A DNA stretch of 34,955 nucleotides from Roseburia sp. (GCA_050873725.1 JBNMJI010000001.1:1-34955), one strand, 5' to 3'. Positions 9,332 to 22,289 are shown, counted from the stretch's first letter. Numbers and translations: made by a program. Notes: a model not told the origin generated them from the sequence alone.

Positions 9332-9425
9332 GAGCGTAAGCGAGTCATCGTGCTTGCATGTTTGACGAGCGGCGAATGTTAATTGTGAGCTGTATCTGCT
9401 CACAATATAATGAGCGTAAGCGAGT
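9325..9425. repeat. 21-bp perfect direct repeat (atataatgagcgtaagcgagt), 80-bp period
   Basis: Copies at 9325-9345 and 9405-9425, enclosing the inverted repeat attgtgagc-N7-gctcacaat at 9382-9406. Confidence 0.9.
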
Positions 9426-9444
9426 GCAAATGGAAAGCGATTTG

Positions 9445-9897
9445 TTTTGAAACTTTTTGATTAGAAAGGGCATTTGTCTGATATGCGTTGAAATGCCAGC
9501 AGTTCTTAGATATGTGTTTTGCTTGATAGTGAACTGTCTTTCCGCTGCTTTGACCGGCTGCCCGGTTGTCCGTCTGCTACAGATACTTCCACAAACCCGT
9601 AAGGAGGTCTAGGCATTCTGACAAATAAGTTTATGATTCCGGCAACCGGCGCAAATTCATATCCATATTCAACTGCGCCTTGCAGGCACATCCATGTGCC
9701 GGCATTGCCGGTTGCATAATAGAATGCCAAGACCTCCTAATAGGCTTGTTTATGTATCTGTATGCAGGCGGACAACCGGTGCAGACTGTCAAACATTGGA
9801 AAGACTGTTTTAATATCAGAAAGCAAAACATATATTTTAGAACTGCGGTATTTCAGGGCAGAACAGAAGCCCTTTCTATATCAAAAATTTTCTAAAA
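9445..9897 (-). repeat. Long-hairpin element copy 2 (core 9641-9709)
   Basis: Imperfect inverted arms at about 9445-9619 and 9721-9897 (e.g. ccggttgtccg/cggacaaccgg, agaaagggc/gccctttct) around the 69-bp core. Confidence 0.9.
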
Positions 9898-9953
9898 TAA
9901 ATACTGGGCTATTTGCAGAGCGTTTCACGAAAATGTAAGGGAAGGAGCTATTC

Positions 9954-10208
9954 ATGAAGAACAGAAATAAAGTGTATGATTCCTTGATTTTAATCATGCA
10001 GTTCGGTATCAACATGATAGTTCCTATTTTTTTATGTGTTGGACTCGGGGTTTTTATTTACCGAAGATACGGGCATCCGTGGCTGGTGATACTGCTGTTT
10101 TTCCTTGGAGCAGTGGCGGGGTTCCAGAATTGCTACCGGATGGCACAGCGGCTTTGGCAGAAAAAAGACACGGGAAAGGTTAAAACAGATGTTAAAAAGG
10201 ATAAATGA
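9954..10208 (+). CDS. AtpZ/AtpI-family small membrane protein
   Basis: QFGINMIVPI..GLG and two TM segments; first gene of the atp operon; AAGGAG RBS. Confidence 0.85.
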   Translation: MKNRNKVYDSLILIMQFGINMIVPIFLCVGLGVFIYRRYGHPWLVILLFFLGAVAGFQNCYRMAQRLWQKKDTGKVKTDVKKDK

Positions 10209-10596
10209 TGCATTACCGGAATTGATTCTGGGAATCCTTATATACGAAATTGTGGTGGAAATTACCGGTATCTGGTTTGTAAAAGACAAGCTGTCTTATT
10301 CCATCGGCCTTCTGATTGGAGCAGCAACTGCAGTTGGAATGGCAATCCATATGGCAGTGGTTCTGCGGGACAGTATGGATATGGCAGAATCTGGAAGGAC
10401 AAGACGAATCGCATTGCAGTATGTGCTTCGGTATCTCGTAGTTGTAGCAGTCTTTTTTGCTACGGCATACTTTGAAATAGGCAATGTGATTGTAGCATTT
10501 GTGGGAGTAATGGGATTGAAGGTTGGAGCTTACGTTCAACCCTTTACACATAAAGTAATTTTAAAACTTTTAGGGAGAGGTGATGAATCTTCTTAG
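10189..10596 (+). CDS. atpI: ATP synthase subunit I-like membrane protein
   Basis: About four TM segments, directly upstream of atpB; ATG 10189 (MLKRIND) follows gaaaggt. Confidence 0.75.
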   Translation: MLKRINDALPELILGILIYEIVVEITGIWFVKDKLSYSIGLLIGAATAVGMAIHMAVVLRDSMDMAESGRTRRIALQYVLRYLVVVAVFFATAYFEIGNVIVAFVGVMGLKVGAYVQPFTHKVILKLLGRGDESS

Positions 10597-10631
10597 GGTG
10601 AAGAAAAAATATAATATAAGGAGGTGAAAGC

Positions 10632-11363
10632 GTGGATAACGGAATTTTAGCAGCGGGTGCCCAGGATATAGATTTTATGATTCATGGACTGTTTTCCTAT
10701 AAGATTTTCGGACATGAGGTATGGATTACCACTTCTCATGTATGTATTCTGATAATCATGCTGATACTGATTGCATTTTCGTTTATTGTAAAACACAAGA
10801 TGAAAGCTGCAACGGAAGTACCGGGCGGATTCCAGAATGTAGTAGAACTTATGGTGGAAAAATTAGATGGCGTAGTTGATGGCGTTATGGGTAAAAATGC
10901 ACCGAAGCTGGTGAATTACATCAGTACCATTTTTATCTTTATTCTCATGAGTAATATATCTGGATTATTCGGGCTAAGACCGCCTACCGCAGATTATGGA
11001 ACGACACTGGCGTTGGGACTTATCACCTTTTCGCTTATCCATATCTGTCAGATAAAGTACCAGAAACCAAAGAAAATCTGGGAAGATATGTGTTCACCGT
11101 TACCACCATGGCTGCCACTGTGGCTGCCAATCAATATCATCAGCGAGATTGCCGTGCCGATTTCCCTGTCACTTCGTTTGTTTGCAAACGTATTATCAGG
11201 AACCGTAATGATGGCATTGGTCTATGGACTGTTGTCCAAGATTGCAATTGTCTGGCCGGCAGCGCTTCATGTGTACTTTGATTTGTTCTCAGGAGCAATT
11301 CAGACGTATGTATTCTGTATGTTGACTATGACATATGTGAACCAGCAGATGGAAACAGAATAG
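10632..11363 (+). CDS. atpB: F0 subunit a
   Basis: PISLSLRLFANVLSG, GAIQTYVF; GTG start after AAGGAGGTGA. Confidence 0.96.
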   Translation: MDNGILAAGAQDIDFMIHGLFSYKIFGHEVWITTSHVCILIIMLILIAFSFIVKHKMKAATEVPGGFQNVVELMVEKLDGVVDGVMGKNAPKLVNYISTIFIFILMSNISGLFGLRPPTADYGTTLALGLITFSLIHICQIKYQKPKKIWEDMCSPLPPWLPLWLPINIISEIAVPISLSLRLFANVLSGTVMMALVYGLLSKIAIVWPAALHVYFDLFSGAIQTYVFCMLTMTYVNQQMETE

Positions 11364-11373
11364 AACAGTATAA

Positions 11374-11643
<270 letters not shown>

Positions 11644-11691
11644 AGTGCGAAGGAATGATTACGAAAAGAAAGGAGGCACAGCAGGAAGAAA

Positions 11692-12194
11692 ATGACCAGA
11701 TTATTTAATCTTGATTTTCAGTTATTGCATGATACCATCCTTATGGCGATATCCGTTTTCGTATTGTTTACCGTAATGTCTTATAACCTCTTCGAGCCGG
11801 TTCGTAAGATGTTAAAGGGCCGTCAGGAGAAGATAAAGACGGAACTGGAATCTGCGGCAAGCGACCAGGCAGAAGCAGCAGAATTAAGACAGCAGTATGA
11901 AGAGAAGCTTAAGAACGTCGACAAAGAGGCGGAGGTTATCTTAAGTGAAGCCAGAACCAAAGCCCTGCGCAATGAGAACCGAATCATTGGCGAGGCAAAG
12001 GAAGAGGCTGCGCGGATTATCCGGCGTGCCAATGAAGAGGCAGAACTGGAGAAGAAACGCGTGATGGATGAGATGAAACAGGAAATGATAGAAATTGCAT
12101 CTATGATGGCAGGCAAAGTGGTAGCCGCATCCATTGATACAACAATACAGGATGCCCTCGTGGAAGAAACCTTGAAAGAGATGGGTGATACAAC

Positions 12195-12207
<13 letters not shown>
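11692..12207 (+). CDS. atpF: F0 subunit b
   Basis: N-terminal TM followed by a long coiled coil; operon position. Confidence 0.93.
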
Positions 12208-14263
<2,056 letters not shown>

Positions 14264-14295
14264 GCATGTAATATGGTAAAAGGCGGTGAGAGACT

Positions 14296-15150
14296 ATGGC
14301 GTCCATGCGTGATATAAAGCGGCGCAAAAGCAGTATTTCCAGCACACAGCAGATTACAAAGGCCATGAAGCTTGTTTCTACCGTAAAACTGCAGAAAGCG
14401 AAGGGACATGCAGAACAGGCAAATCCGTATTTTAATTATATGTATCAGACCGTAACTTCCATGCTGGCAAAGAGCGGTTCCATCAATCACCCGTACCTTA
14501 CCGGTAAAGATTCCGAGCAGAAGGCGGTGATTGTAATTACCTCGAACCGTGGACTGGCAGGAGGCTATAATGCGAATGTCGTAAAGCTGATTACAGAGAG
14601 TGACCTTCCAAAGGACAAGCTTTCCATTTATGCGATTGGTAATAAGGGAAGAGAGTCCTTAGAACATAAGGGATATTCGATTGTAAAAGAACTTCCGGAA
14701 CTGATAGAGACACCGACTTATGATGAGGCGGCTGCATTGGCAAGGGAAGTGCTGGCATCCTATGAAAAAGGTGAGATTGGCGAAATTTACCTTGCTTATA
14801 CACATTTTAAGAATACGGTGGTACATGAGCCGAAATTAATCAAGCTTCTTCCGGTGGATATCGAAGATATGCCGGAGCAGGAAGAAGATAATGTGCTGAT
14901 GAATTATGAGCCAAACCAGGAAGAGGCGCTTAATTTAATCATACCGAAGTATGTAACGAGCCTTCTTTATGGAGCACTGGTGGAAGCAGTAGCCAGTGAA
15001 AATGGTGCAAGAATGCAGGCAATGGATTCTGCAACCAGCAACGCAGAGGAAATGATTAGTGATTTGTCACTGAAGTATAATCGTGCCCGTCAGGGTTCCA
15101 TTACACAGGAGCTGACAGAGATTATAGCCGGAGCATCGGCAATTTCCTAA
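14296..15150 (+). CDS. atpG: F1 gamma subunit
   Basis: QITKAMKLVS, SNRGLAGGYN, YNRARQGSITQELTEI. Confidence 0.98.
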   Translation: MASMRDIKRRKSSISSTQQITKAMKLVSTVKLQKAKGHAEQANPYFNYMYQTVTSMLAKSGSINHPYLTGKDSEQKAVIVITSNRGLAGGYNANVVKLITESDLPKDKLSIYAIGNKGRESLEHKGYSIVKELPELIETPTYDEAAALAREVLASYEKGEIGEIYLAYTHFKNTVVHEPKLIKLLPVDIEDMPEQEEDNVLMNYEPNQEEALNLIIPKYVTSLLYGALVEAVASENGARMQAMDSATSNAEEMISDLSLKYNRARQGSITQELTEIIAGASAIS

Positions 15151-15185
15151 TCATATCCATAAGAATAGAGAATAAGGAGTGATAG

Positions 15186-16583
<1,398 letters not shown>

Positions 16584-16594
16584 GGGGTGAAGCC

Positions 16595-17002
16595 ATGGCA
16601 GACGAGAAGAAAGCATTTGAGGTAGAAATCATTACCCCCGATCGAATCTTTTATACCGGGGAAGCAACCATGATAGAATTCAATACAACAGAAGGAGAAA
16701 TCGGTGTCTACCCGGAACACATTCCGCTGACAACGGTGCTTGCTCCCGGTGTTGTGACCATTACCAATGGCGAAGATGTAAAAAAAGCTGCTGTTCATGC
16801 AGGCTTTGCAGAGATTTTAGGCGATAAGGTAACACTGCTGGCAGAGATTGCCGAGTGGCCGGATGAAATCGATGAGAAGCGTGCCGAGGCAGCAAAAGAG
16901 CGTGCAGAAGCCCGTATTGCAGCAAAAGCCGCAGATACAGATATGCTTCGTGCGGAATTTGCATTGCATAAGGCATTGGTACGAATTGAAGTGAAACACT
17001 AA
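16595..17002 (+). CDS. atpC: F1 epsilon subunit
   Basis: EIITPDR, GEIGVYPEHIP, EIDEKRAEAAKERAE. Confidence 0.96.
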   Translation: MADEKKAFEVEIITPDRIFYTGEATMIEFNTTEGEIGVYPEHIPLTTVLAPGVVTITNGEDVKKAAVHAGFAEILGDKVTLLAEIAEWPDEIDEKRAEAAKERAEARIAAKAADTDMLRAEFALHKALVRIEVKH

Positions 17003-17057
17003 AAAAACGGCAGATGTAAAAGAGCAGATGCAAAAGAAGAATATGACGTAATGAAGA

Positions 17058-17098
17058 TACCCTTTTTACCGGAGAAACCGATAGAAAGGGTATTTTTT
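17058..17098 (+). terminator. Intrinsic terminator of the atp operon
   Basis: atacccttt...aaagggtat stem followed by a T-run. Confidence 0.8.
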
Positions 17099-17174
17099 CG
17101 ATTCGTTTAAAATAATTTAAGAAAATATTCATACTATGCCATAGGGAAAAGTCTTATAATAAGTTTCAGAAAGG

Positions 17175-19685
17175 ATGAAGAAACAGCCTATGAGTGAAAA
17201 TAGAATGCCGGAAGAAAAACGTATCCTGCGGGGATTGTCAAGGGAAGAAGTAGAAGAACGCTTCATAGAAGGATTTGTAAATAAAACAGATATTAGCACG
17301 GAGAAGAGCGCAAAGGAAATTGTAAAGTCCAATGTATTTACGTACTTTAACTTTATATTCTTAGTAATTACGATATTGCTTTGCGTGGTTGGTTCTTTCC
17401 GGAACCTGACTTTCCTGCCGATTATCATCGGAAATACGCTGATTGGTATTATCCAGGAATTGCGGGCAAAGAAAGTCTTAGATAAGATGAGCCTTCTGAA
17501 TGCACCTCATGCCATTGTTATCCGGGATGGAGAACAGAAGAAAATCTTATCGGAGCGGCTGGTAAAGGATGATGTTATTTTACTGACTGCCGGAACACAG
17601 ATTTGTGCCGATGCCGTTGTTCTGGAAGGCACTATTCAGGTAAATGAATCACTGCTGACCGGAGAAGCAGATGAAATCGAGAAAACACCGGGAAGCAAGC
17701 TGATGTCCGGAAGCTTTGTAGTATCCGGAGAATGTTATGCGAGACTGGAGCGGGTAGGAAAGCATTCTTATATTTCCAAGCTGACCGCTGAAGCAAAAGC
17801 CATGGGAAATGAAGAACAGTCTGAGATGATTCGTTCCATTAACCAGTTGGTAAAATGGATTGGTATCGTAATTATTCCGATTGGAATCATTTTATTCTGG
17901 CAGGGCTATATCGTAAATGGTGAGACCTTCCAGAAGAGCATCGTATCCATGGTGGCGGCAATTATCGGAATGATACCGGAGGGCTTGTATCTTCTGACAA
18001 CCATTGCCCTGGCACTTGGAACCATGCGGCTGGCAAAACGGCAGGTACTGCTTCATGATATGAAGAGTATCGAAGCACTGGCAAGAGTTGATGTGCTTTG
18101 CGTAGATAAAACCGGAACCATAACGGAAGCCGGTATGGAAGTGGCACAGATTGTCCCGGCGAAGGATGTGGAAAAAGCATTTCTTCAGTCCCTGCTCCGG
18201 GATTATGCATCGGCAGTGCCGGATAATAATGCCACTATGGAAGCCATTCGCGATTACCTGAAACGTAAGGACAGAGATAAGGATAAATATAGCGATATAG
18301 CTAGAAATGGCGATATAGATAAAGATGGTGATATAGCTAGAGTTAGTGATAATGATAAAACTGCGGAAGTGCAGACTTTTGTAACTGCCCCGCGGAAAGC
18401 ATTGGAAGTTATGCCCTTTACTTCTGCAACAAAATACAGTGGCGTTGTATTTGAAGATGGAAAATATCTTCTGGGTGCGCCGGAATTTGTTATGGGAAAT
18501 GCGTTTGCAGAAATCGCAGATGAGATAAGGGAATATACGAAAAAGGGTTATCGAGTGCTTCTGCTTGCAAAATATCCGGGCGGTGATATCAGGGGAACCC
18601 TGACCGAAAAACCGGAGCCGCTGGGTTATGTGATTCTTTCCAATCCGATTCGTGAAAATGCGAAGAAGACCTTTGGCTATTTTAAAACTCAGGGTGTTGC
18701 GGTGAAGGTAATTTCCGGGGATAATCCGGAGACCGTATCGGAAGTGGCACGATGCGCCGGAATCGAGCATGCAGAAAAATATGTGGACGCAGGCACGCTG
18801 GATACAGATGAGAAAATTTATGATGCGGCAGACCGCTATACCGTATTTGGACGGGTAACTCCGAAACAGAAGCAGAAGCTGGTACATGCATTGCAGGATG
18901 CGGGACATACCGTAGCAATGACCGGTGATGGAGTCAACGACATTCTGGCAATGAAGGATGCAGATTGCAGCGTGGCAATGGCATCCGGAAGTGAAGCGGC
19001 AGCACAGGCTGCGCAGGTAGTCCTTTTGGATTCCGACTTTGCCCATATGCCGGACGTGGTATCGGAAGGACGCCAGGTCGTAAATAATGTGCAGCGTTCC
19101 GCCAGCCTGTTCCTGGTAAAAAATATCTTTTCACTTTTAATGGCAATCTTTGCGGTGGTATCGACAATTACTTATCCGTTAGAGCCGGCACAGATTTCCC
19201 TCATCAGTATGTTTACCATTGGCGCACCGGGATTTTTACTGGCATTGGAGCCGAACCGCAACCGTATCGAAGGACGGTTCTTGCGGAAAGTATTATTAAA
19301 AGCACTTCCGGCAGGACTGACCGATGTATTAATCGTTGGTTCACTGGTAGTCTGTGGAGAGGTATTTTCCCTCCCTGCTTCCGACGTGGCAACCGCATCC
19401 ACCATGCTATTATGTGTGGTTGGATTTATGATTCTGATTAAAATCAGTCATCCGATGAACAAGTTTAAATATGGTATTTTGATTTTTAATATCGCAGGCC
19501 TGCTCTTCTGTGGCATCTGCTTAAACCGGTTATTTGCCATGAGCCAGATGTCCAGAATCAGTATTCTTCTGATGATTGTATTTGCTTTTGCAGCAGAATC
19601 ATTGCTCCGTTATCTGACAATCGGAGTGGAAGGAATTGCAAAATTCATCAGTTCACGGGCACATCGCGGTGCTCCACAGAAGTAG
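17175..19685 (+). CDS. Cation-transporting P-type ATPase (CtpE-like, HAD-IC)
   Basis: ESLLTGEA, IPEGL, DKTGT, ISGDN, TGDGVND; multiple TM segments. Confidence 0.93.
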   Translation: MKKQPMSENRMPEEKRILRGLSREEVEERFIEGFVNKTDISTEKSAKEIVKSNVFTYFNFIFLVITILLCVVGSFRNLTFLPIIIGNTLIGIIQELRAKKVLDKMSLLNAPHAIVIRDGEQKKILSERLVKDDVILLTAGTQICADAVVLEGTIQVNESLLTGEADEIEKTPGSKLMSGSFVVSGECYARLERVGKHSYISKLTAEAKAMGNEEQSEMIRSINQLVKWIGIVIIPIGIILFWQGYIVNGETFQKSIVSMVAAIIGMIPEGLYLLTTIALALGTMRLAKRQVLLHDMKSIEALARVDVLCVDKTGTITEAGMEVAQIVPAKDVEKAFLQSLLRDYASAVPDNNATMEAIRDYLKRKDRDKDKYSDIARNGDIDKDGDIARVSDNDKTAEVQTFVTAPRKALEVMPFTSATKYSGVVFEDGKYLLGAPEFVMGNAFAEIADEIREYTKKGYRVLLLAKYPGGDIRGTLTEKPEPLGYVILSNPIRENAKKTFGYFKTQGVAVKVISGDNPETVSEVARCAGIEHAEKYVDAGTLDTDEKIYDAADRYTVFGRVTPKQKQKLVHALQDAGHTVAMTGDGVNDILAMKDADCSVAMASGSEAAAQAAQVVLLDSDFAHMPDVVSEGRQVVNNVQRSASLFLVKNIFSLLMAIFAVVSTITYPLEPAQISLISMFTIGAPGFLLALEPNRNRIEGRFLRKVLLKALPAGLTDVLIVGSLVVCGEVFSLPASDVATASTMLLCVVGFMILIKISHPMNKFKYGILIFNIAGLLFCGICLNRLFAMSQMSRISILLMIVFAFAAESLLRYLTIGVEGIAKFISSRAHRGAPQK
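18291..18362 (+). repeat. Degenerate in-frame 18-bp tandem repeat (four units)
   Basis: agcgatatagctagaaat / ggcgatatagataaagat / ggtgatatagctagagtt / agtgataatgataaaact. Confidence 0.75.
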
Positions 19686-20094
19686 AGAACACGATTAATG
19701 TTTTGGTTCGTCCGAAATGCTGCAGTTCATTGATAAAGTGGTCAAGCTGGATGGTGGTCTGAAACATGACTTCCACCAGCATGGCATAATCGCCGGTGAC
19801 ACAGTTGCATTCAATTACATTTGGAATTCTATCGATGAAAGGGTAGAATTCCTTTTTTTGTGCCGGTTCCACCTCAAGATTAATAAAAGCCTTAATGTGG
19901 TAGCCAAAGAGCATGGGATTTACGGTGGCATGATAGCCGGTTAAGATGCCCCGCTTTTCCAACCGCTCAATCCGGGCAGAAACCGCCGGGGAAGATAAAA
20001 AGACTTCCTTTGCAATATCTTTGACCGGAGTGCGGGCATTTTCCTGTAAGATTCGAATAATACTTTTATCGATGTTGTCTAATTCCTTTTCCAT
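19648..20094 (-). CDS. Lrp/AsnC-family transcriptional regulator
   Basis: LDNIDKSIIRILQENAR, SSPAVSARIERLE..GILTGY, VTGDY; AAAGGAG RBS. Confidence 0.95.
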   Translation of the reverse strand: MEKELDNIDKSIIRILQENARTPVKDIAKEVFLSSPAVSARIERLEKRGILTGYHATVNPMLFGYHIKAFINLEVEPAQKKEFYPFIDRIPNVIECNCVTGDYAMLVEVMFQTTIQLDHFINELQHFGRTKTLIVFSTSVEHRDVPVN

Positions 20095-20189
20095 AGAGGC
20101 TCCTTTCGTTTTCTGAAAAATACAGTAGATGTAAAAAATGAATTTATCTGCAAATAAAATGCTGAAAAAATGACAAATGAAATAACAAA

Positions 20190-20575
20190 TAAAATAGCAT
20201 CTGAAATAGCAGATAAAGTAATATATAAAATTTTGTAGCCGGTGAATATCAATTTGCAGGCAGCTGCAGAAAATATCCTCCTGTCTCTGCGTGCAGATAT
20301 ATTTATGACGCGGTTAGAGGCACTTGGCATTTTGTAGAAACATAGGCAGCGCTGGTGCAGGGACGCACCAGCGAGGCACAGATGAACATGGATGTGAATT
20401 TGTGCCGGTTGCCGGTTATTTTTCTATTCCTATCAAAATGCCTTAGTGCCCCTTGCCGTGGAATACATATCTGCGCAGAGGCAGGAGAATATTTTGCTGT
20501 ATACACTGCCCGGATTTTACACATACAAGTATGTTGGCTTATTTTCAAGTATTATATCATACCTCTATTTTATTG
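20190..20575 (+). repeat. Long-hairpin element copy 3 (core 20345-20413)
   Basis: Clear arms at about 20259-20334 and 20434-20510, with looser pairing further out; GGA loops read on the plus strand. Confidence 0.88.
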
Positions 20576-20757
20576 AAAAGACAGACACTTAAGAAAATAA
20601 AGAAAACAACAAACAATATTAAAAAAATTAATCAAAAACATGTTAAAAACAAATATAAAGCACGTTTTAACTTAAAACTATTTACCTTCTGGTCAAAGAG
20701 TGCTAGTCTTTGACAGAACCAAAAAACAAAAAATAAAAATTGAAAACAAACCCTTGT

Positions 20758-20801
20758 GACAATGGCGTCAGGACAGGATAAGACTGTCTTGACGCCATTT
20801 G
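20758..20801 (+). promoter_or_regulatory. aspA leader hairpin, attenuator-like, overlapping an ANTAR-like hexaloop
   Basis: 16-bp stem aatggcgtcaggacag/ctgtcttgacgccatt; the mutually exclusive hairpin GAC-AATGGC-GTC lies at 20758-20769. Confidence 0.5.
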
Positions 20802-20860
20802 CGTTACCGGGCATCTGTAAGAAGGGTTAAAACAAAATAAGAAAGAGAGAGGGAAACATC

Positions 20861-22273
20861 ATGACAGAAGAAATGCGTATGGAATCCGATTCAATTGGAA
20901 CAATGGAAGTGCCGAAAGAGGCTTATTATGGCGTACAGGCTTTACGTGCAAAGCAGAATTTTCCAATCACAGGACAGCGTCTGCATCCTGCATTTATCCG
21001 TAACCTTGCAAAAGTAAAGAAGGCAGCGGCACAGAGCAATCGGAATGCGCTGACTCTTCCGGCAGATAAAGCAGAAGCAATTATAAGAGCCTGCGATGAA
21101 GTGATTCGTGGATGTTTTGCCAGTGAATTTATTGTAGATGCCATTCAGGGTGGTGCCGGAACCAGTGCCAACATGAACATGAATGAGGTACTGGCAAACC
21201 GTGCCAATGAATGGATGGGTGGAAGAAAAGGTGATTACAGCCGGATTCATCCGAATGACCATGTGAATATGTCCCAGTCTACCAATGATGTAATCCCAAC
21301 CGCCGGAAAACTTACAGTACTGGAACTGTTAAAACCGCTGCTGTCAGAGCTGGATGGACTGGAGCGGGAGCTTCGGATTAAGGCGGCGGAATTTGATGGA
21401 ATCCTGAAAATGGGAAGAACGCAGCTTCAGGATGCAGTGCCGATGCGTCTGGGACAGACTTTTCATGCCTATGCAACCATGGTAAAACGTGATTATGACC
21501 GGTTAAAAGAAGTAAGGCGTGAAATGTTTACGGTGAATCTGGGAGGAACTGCAATCGGAACAGCTATCAATGTTTCTCCGGCATATTTATCCAATGTAGT
21601 GCCGACACTGGCAAAGATAACCGGTTATCCACTGAAACAGGCAGAGGATTTATTCGATTCCACAGAGAATCTGGATGGATTCGTCATGGTATCCGGTGCA
21701 CTGAAAGCGTGTGCCGTGGACCTTTCGAAAATGTGTAATGATTTAAGATTGTTATCCTCCGGACCAAGAACCGGGCTTGGAGAAATTAACCTTCCGGCAA
21801 GACAGAACGGTTCTTCCATTATGCCGGGCAAAGTAAATCCGGTTATTCCGGAAGTGGTAAGCCAGGTAGCGTTCCATGTCATTGGAAATGACACCGCAAT
21901 TACCATGGCAGCAGAGGCTGGACAGATGGAACTGAATGCCTTTGAACCGGTGGTATTCTACAGTCTCTTTGATTCCATCGATACCTTAAAAGAAGCGGTT
22001 GAGACACTGACAAAGAATTGTATACACGGAATTACAGCCAATGAGGCACACTGCCGCAGCCTGGTAGATAAGAGCGTTGGCATTTCCACAGCACTTTGTC
22101 CATATCTTGGATATAAGGAATCTGCCGACATCGCAAAGACAGCACTGCGGGAAAACAAGAGCGTAAGGGAAATCGTTCTGGAACGTAAGCTGATGAGCGA
22201 AGCAGATTTGGAGCATGTGCTGAATCCGGAAATGATGACAGAAGTACATTTTGAACAGAGAAAGGCAATGTAA
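20861..22273 (+). CDS. aspA: Aspartate ammonia-lyase
   Basis: YYGVQALRA, QGGAGTSANMNMNEV, GRTQLQDAVP, GSSIMPGKVNPVIPE. Confidence 0.95.
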   Translation: MTEEMRMESDSIGTMEVPKEAYYGVQALRAKQNFPITGQRLHPAFIRNLAKVKKAAAQSNRNALTLPADKAEAIIRACDEVIRGCFASEFIVDAIQGGAGTSANMNMNEVLANRANEWMGGRKGDYSRIHPNDHVNMSQSTNDVIPTAGKLTVLELLKPLLSELDGLERELRIKAAEFDGILKMGRTQLQDAVPMRLGQTFHAYATMVKRDYDRLKEVRREMFTVNLGGTAIGTAINVSPAYLSNVVPTLAKITGYPLKQAEDLFDSTENLDGFVMVSGALKACAVDLSKMCNDLRLLSSGPRTGLGEINLPARQNGSSIMPGKVNPVIPEVVSQVAFHVIGNDTAITMAAEAGQMELNAFEPVVFYSLFDSIDTLKEAVETLTKNCIHGITANEAHCRSLVDKSVGISTALCPYLGYKESADIAKTALRENKSVREIVLERKLMSEADLEHVLNPEMMTEVHFEQRKAM

Positions 22274-22289
22274 ACTATATTAAAAAAGA

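Noticed and set aside
9381-9406. lac operator or vector contamination (aattgtgagc...gctcacaat)
   Set aside because: The half-sites resemble symmetric lacO but are 7 bp apart, and there is no other vector sequence.
9325-9425. Mini CRISPR array
   Set aside because: Only two 21-bp repeats, a structured 59-bp spacer, and no cas genes.
7892-9895. ORFs over the hairpin elements (7892-8383, 8236-8640, 9506-9730, 9631-9831, 9680-9895; also 20303-20576) sharing peptides such as EFAPVAGI and NMDxNL
   Set aside because: The similarity comes from the shared core. Frames, starts and lengths are inconsistent, no RBS is evident, and substitutions preserve pairing rather than amino acids.
17892-19046. 384-aa antisense ORF and the other short antisense or nested ORFs in the track
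   Set aside because: Shadows of well-supported genes, with no recognisable motifs.
20140-20230. A-rich quasi-repeats upstream of the Lrp gene
   Set aside because: Low complexity with no consistent unit; part may belong to the outer arm of hairpin copy 3.
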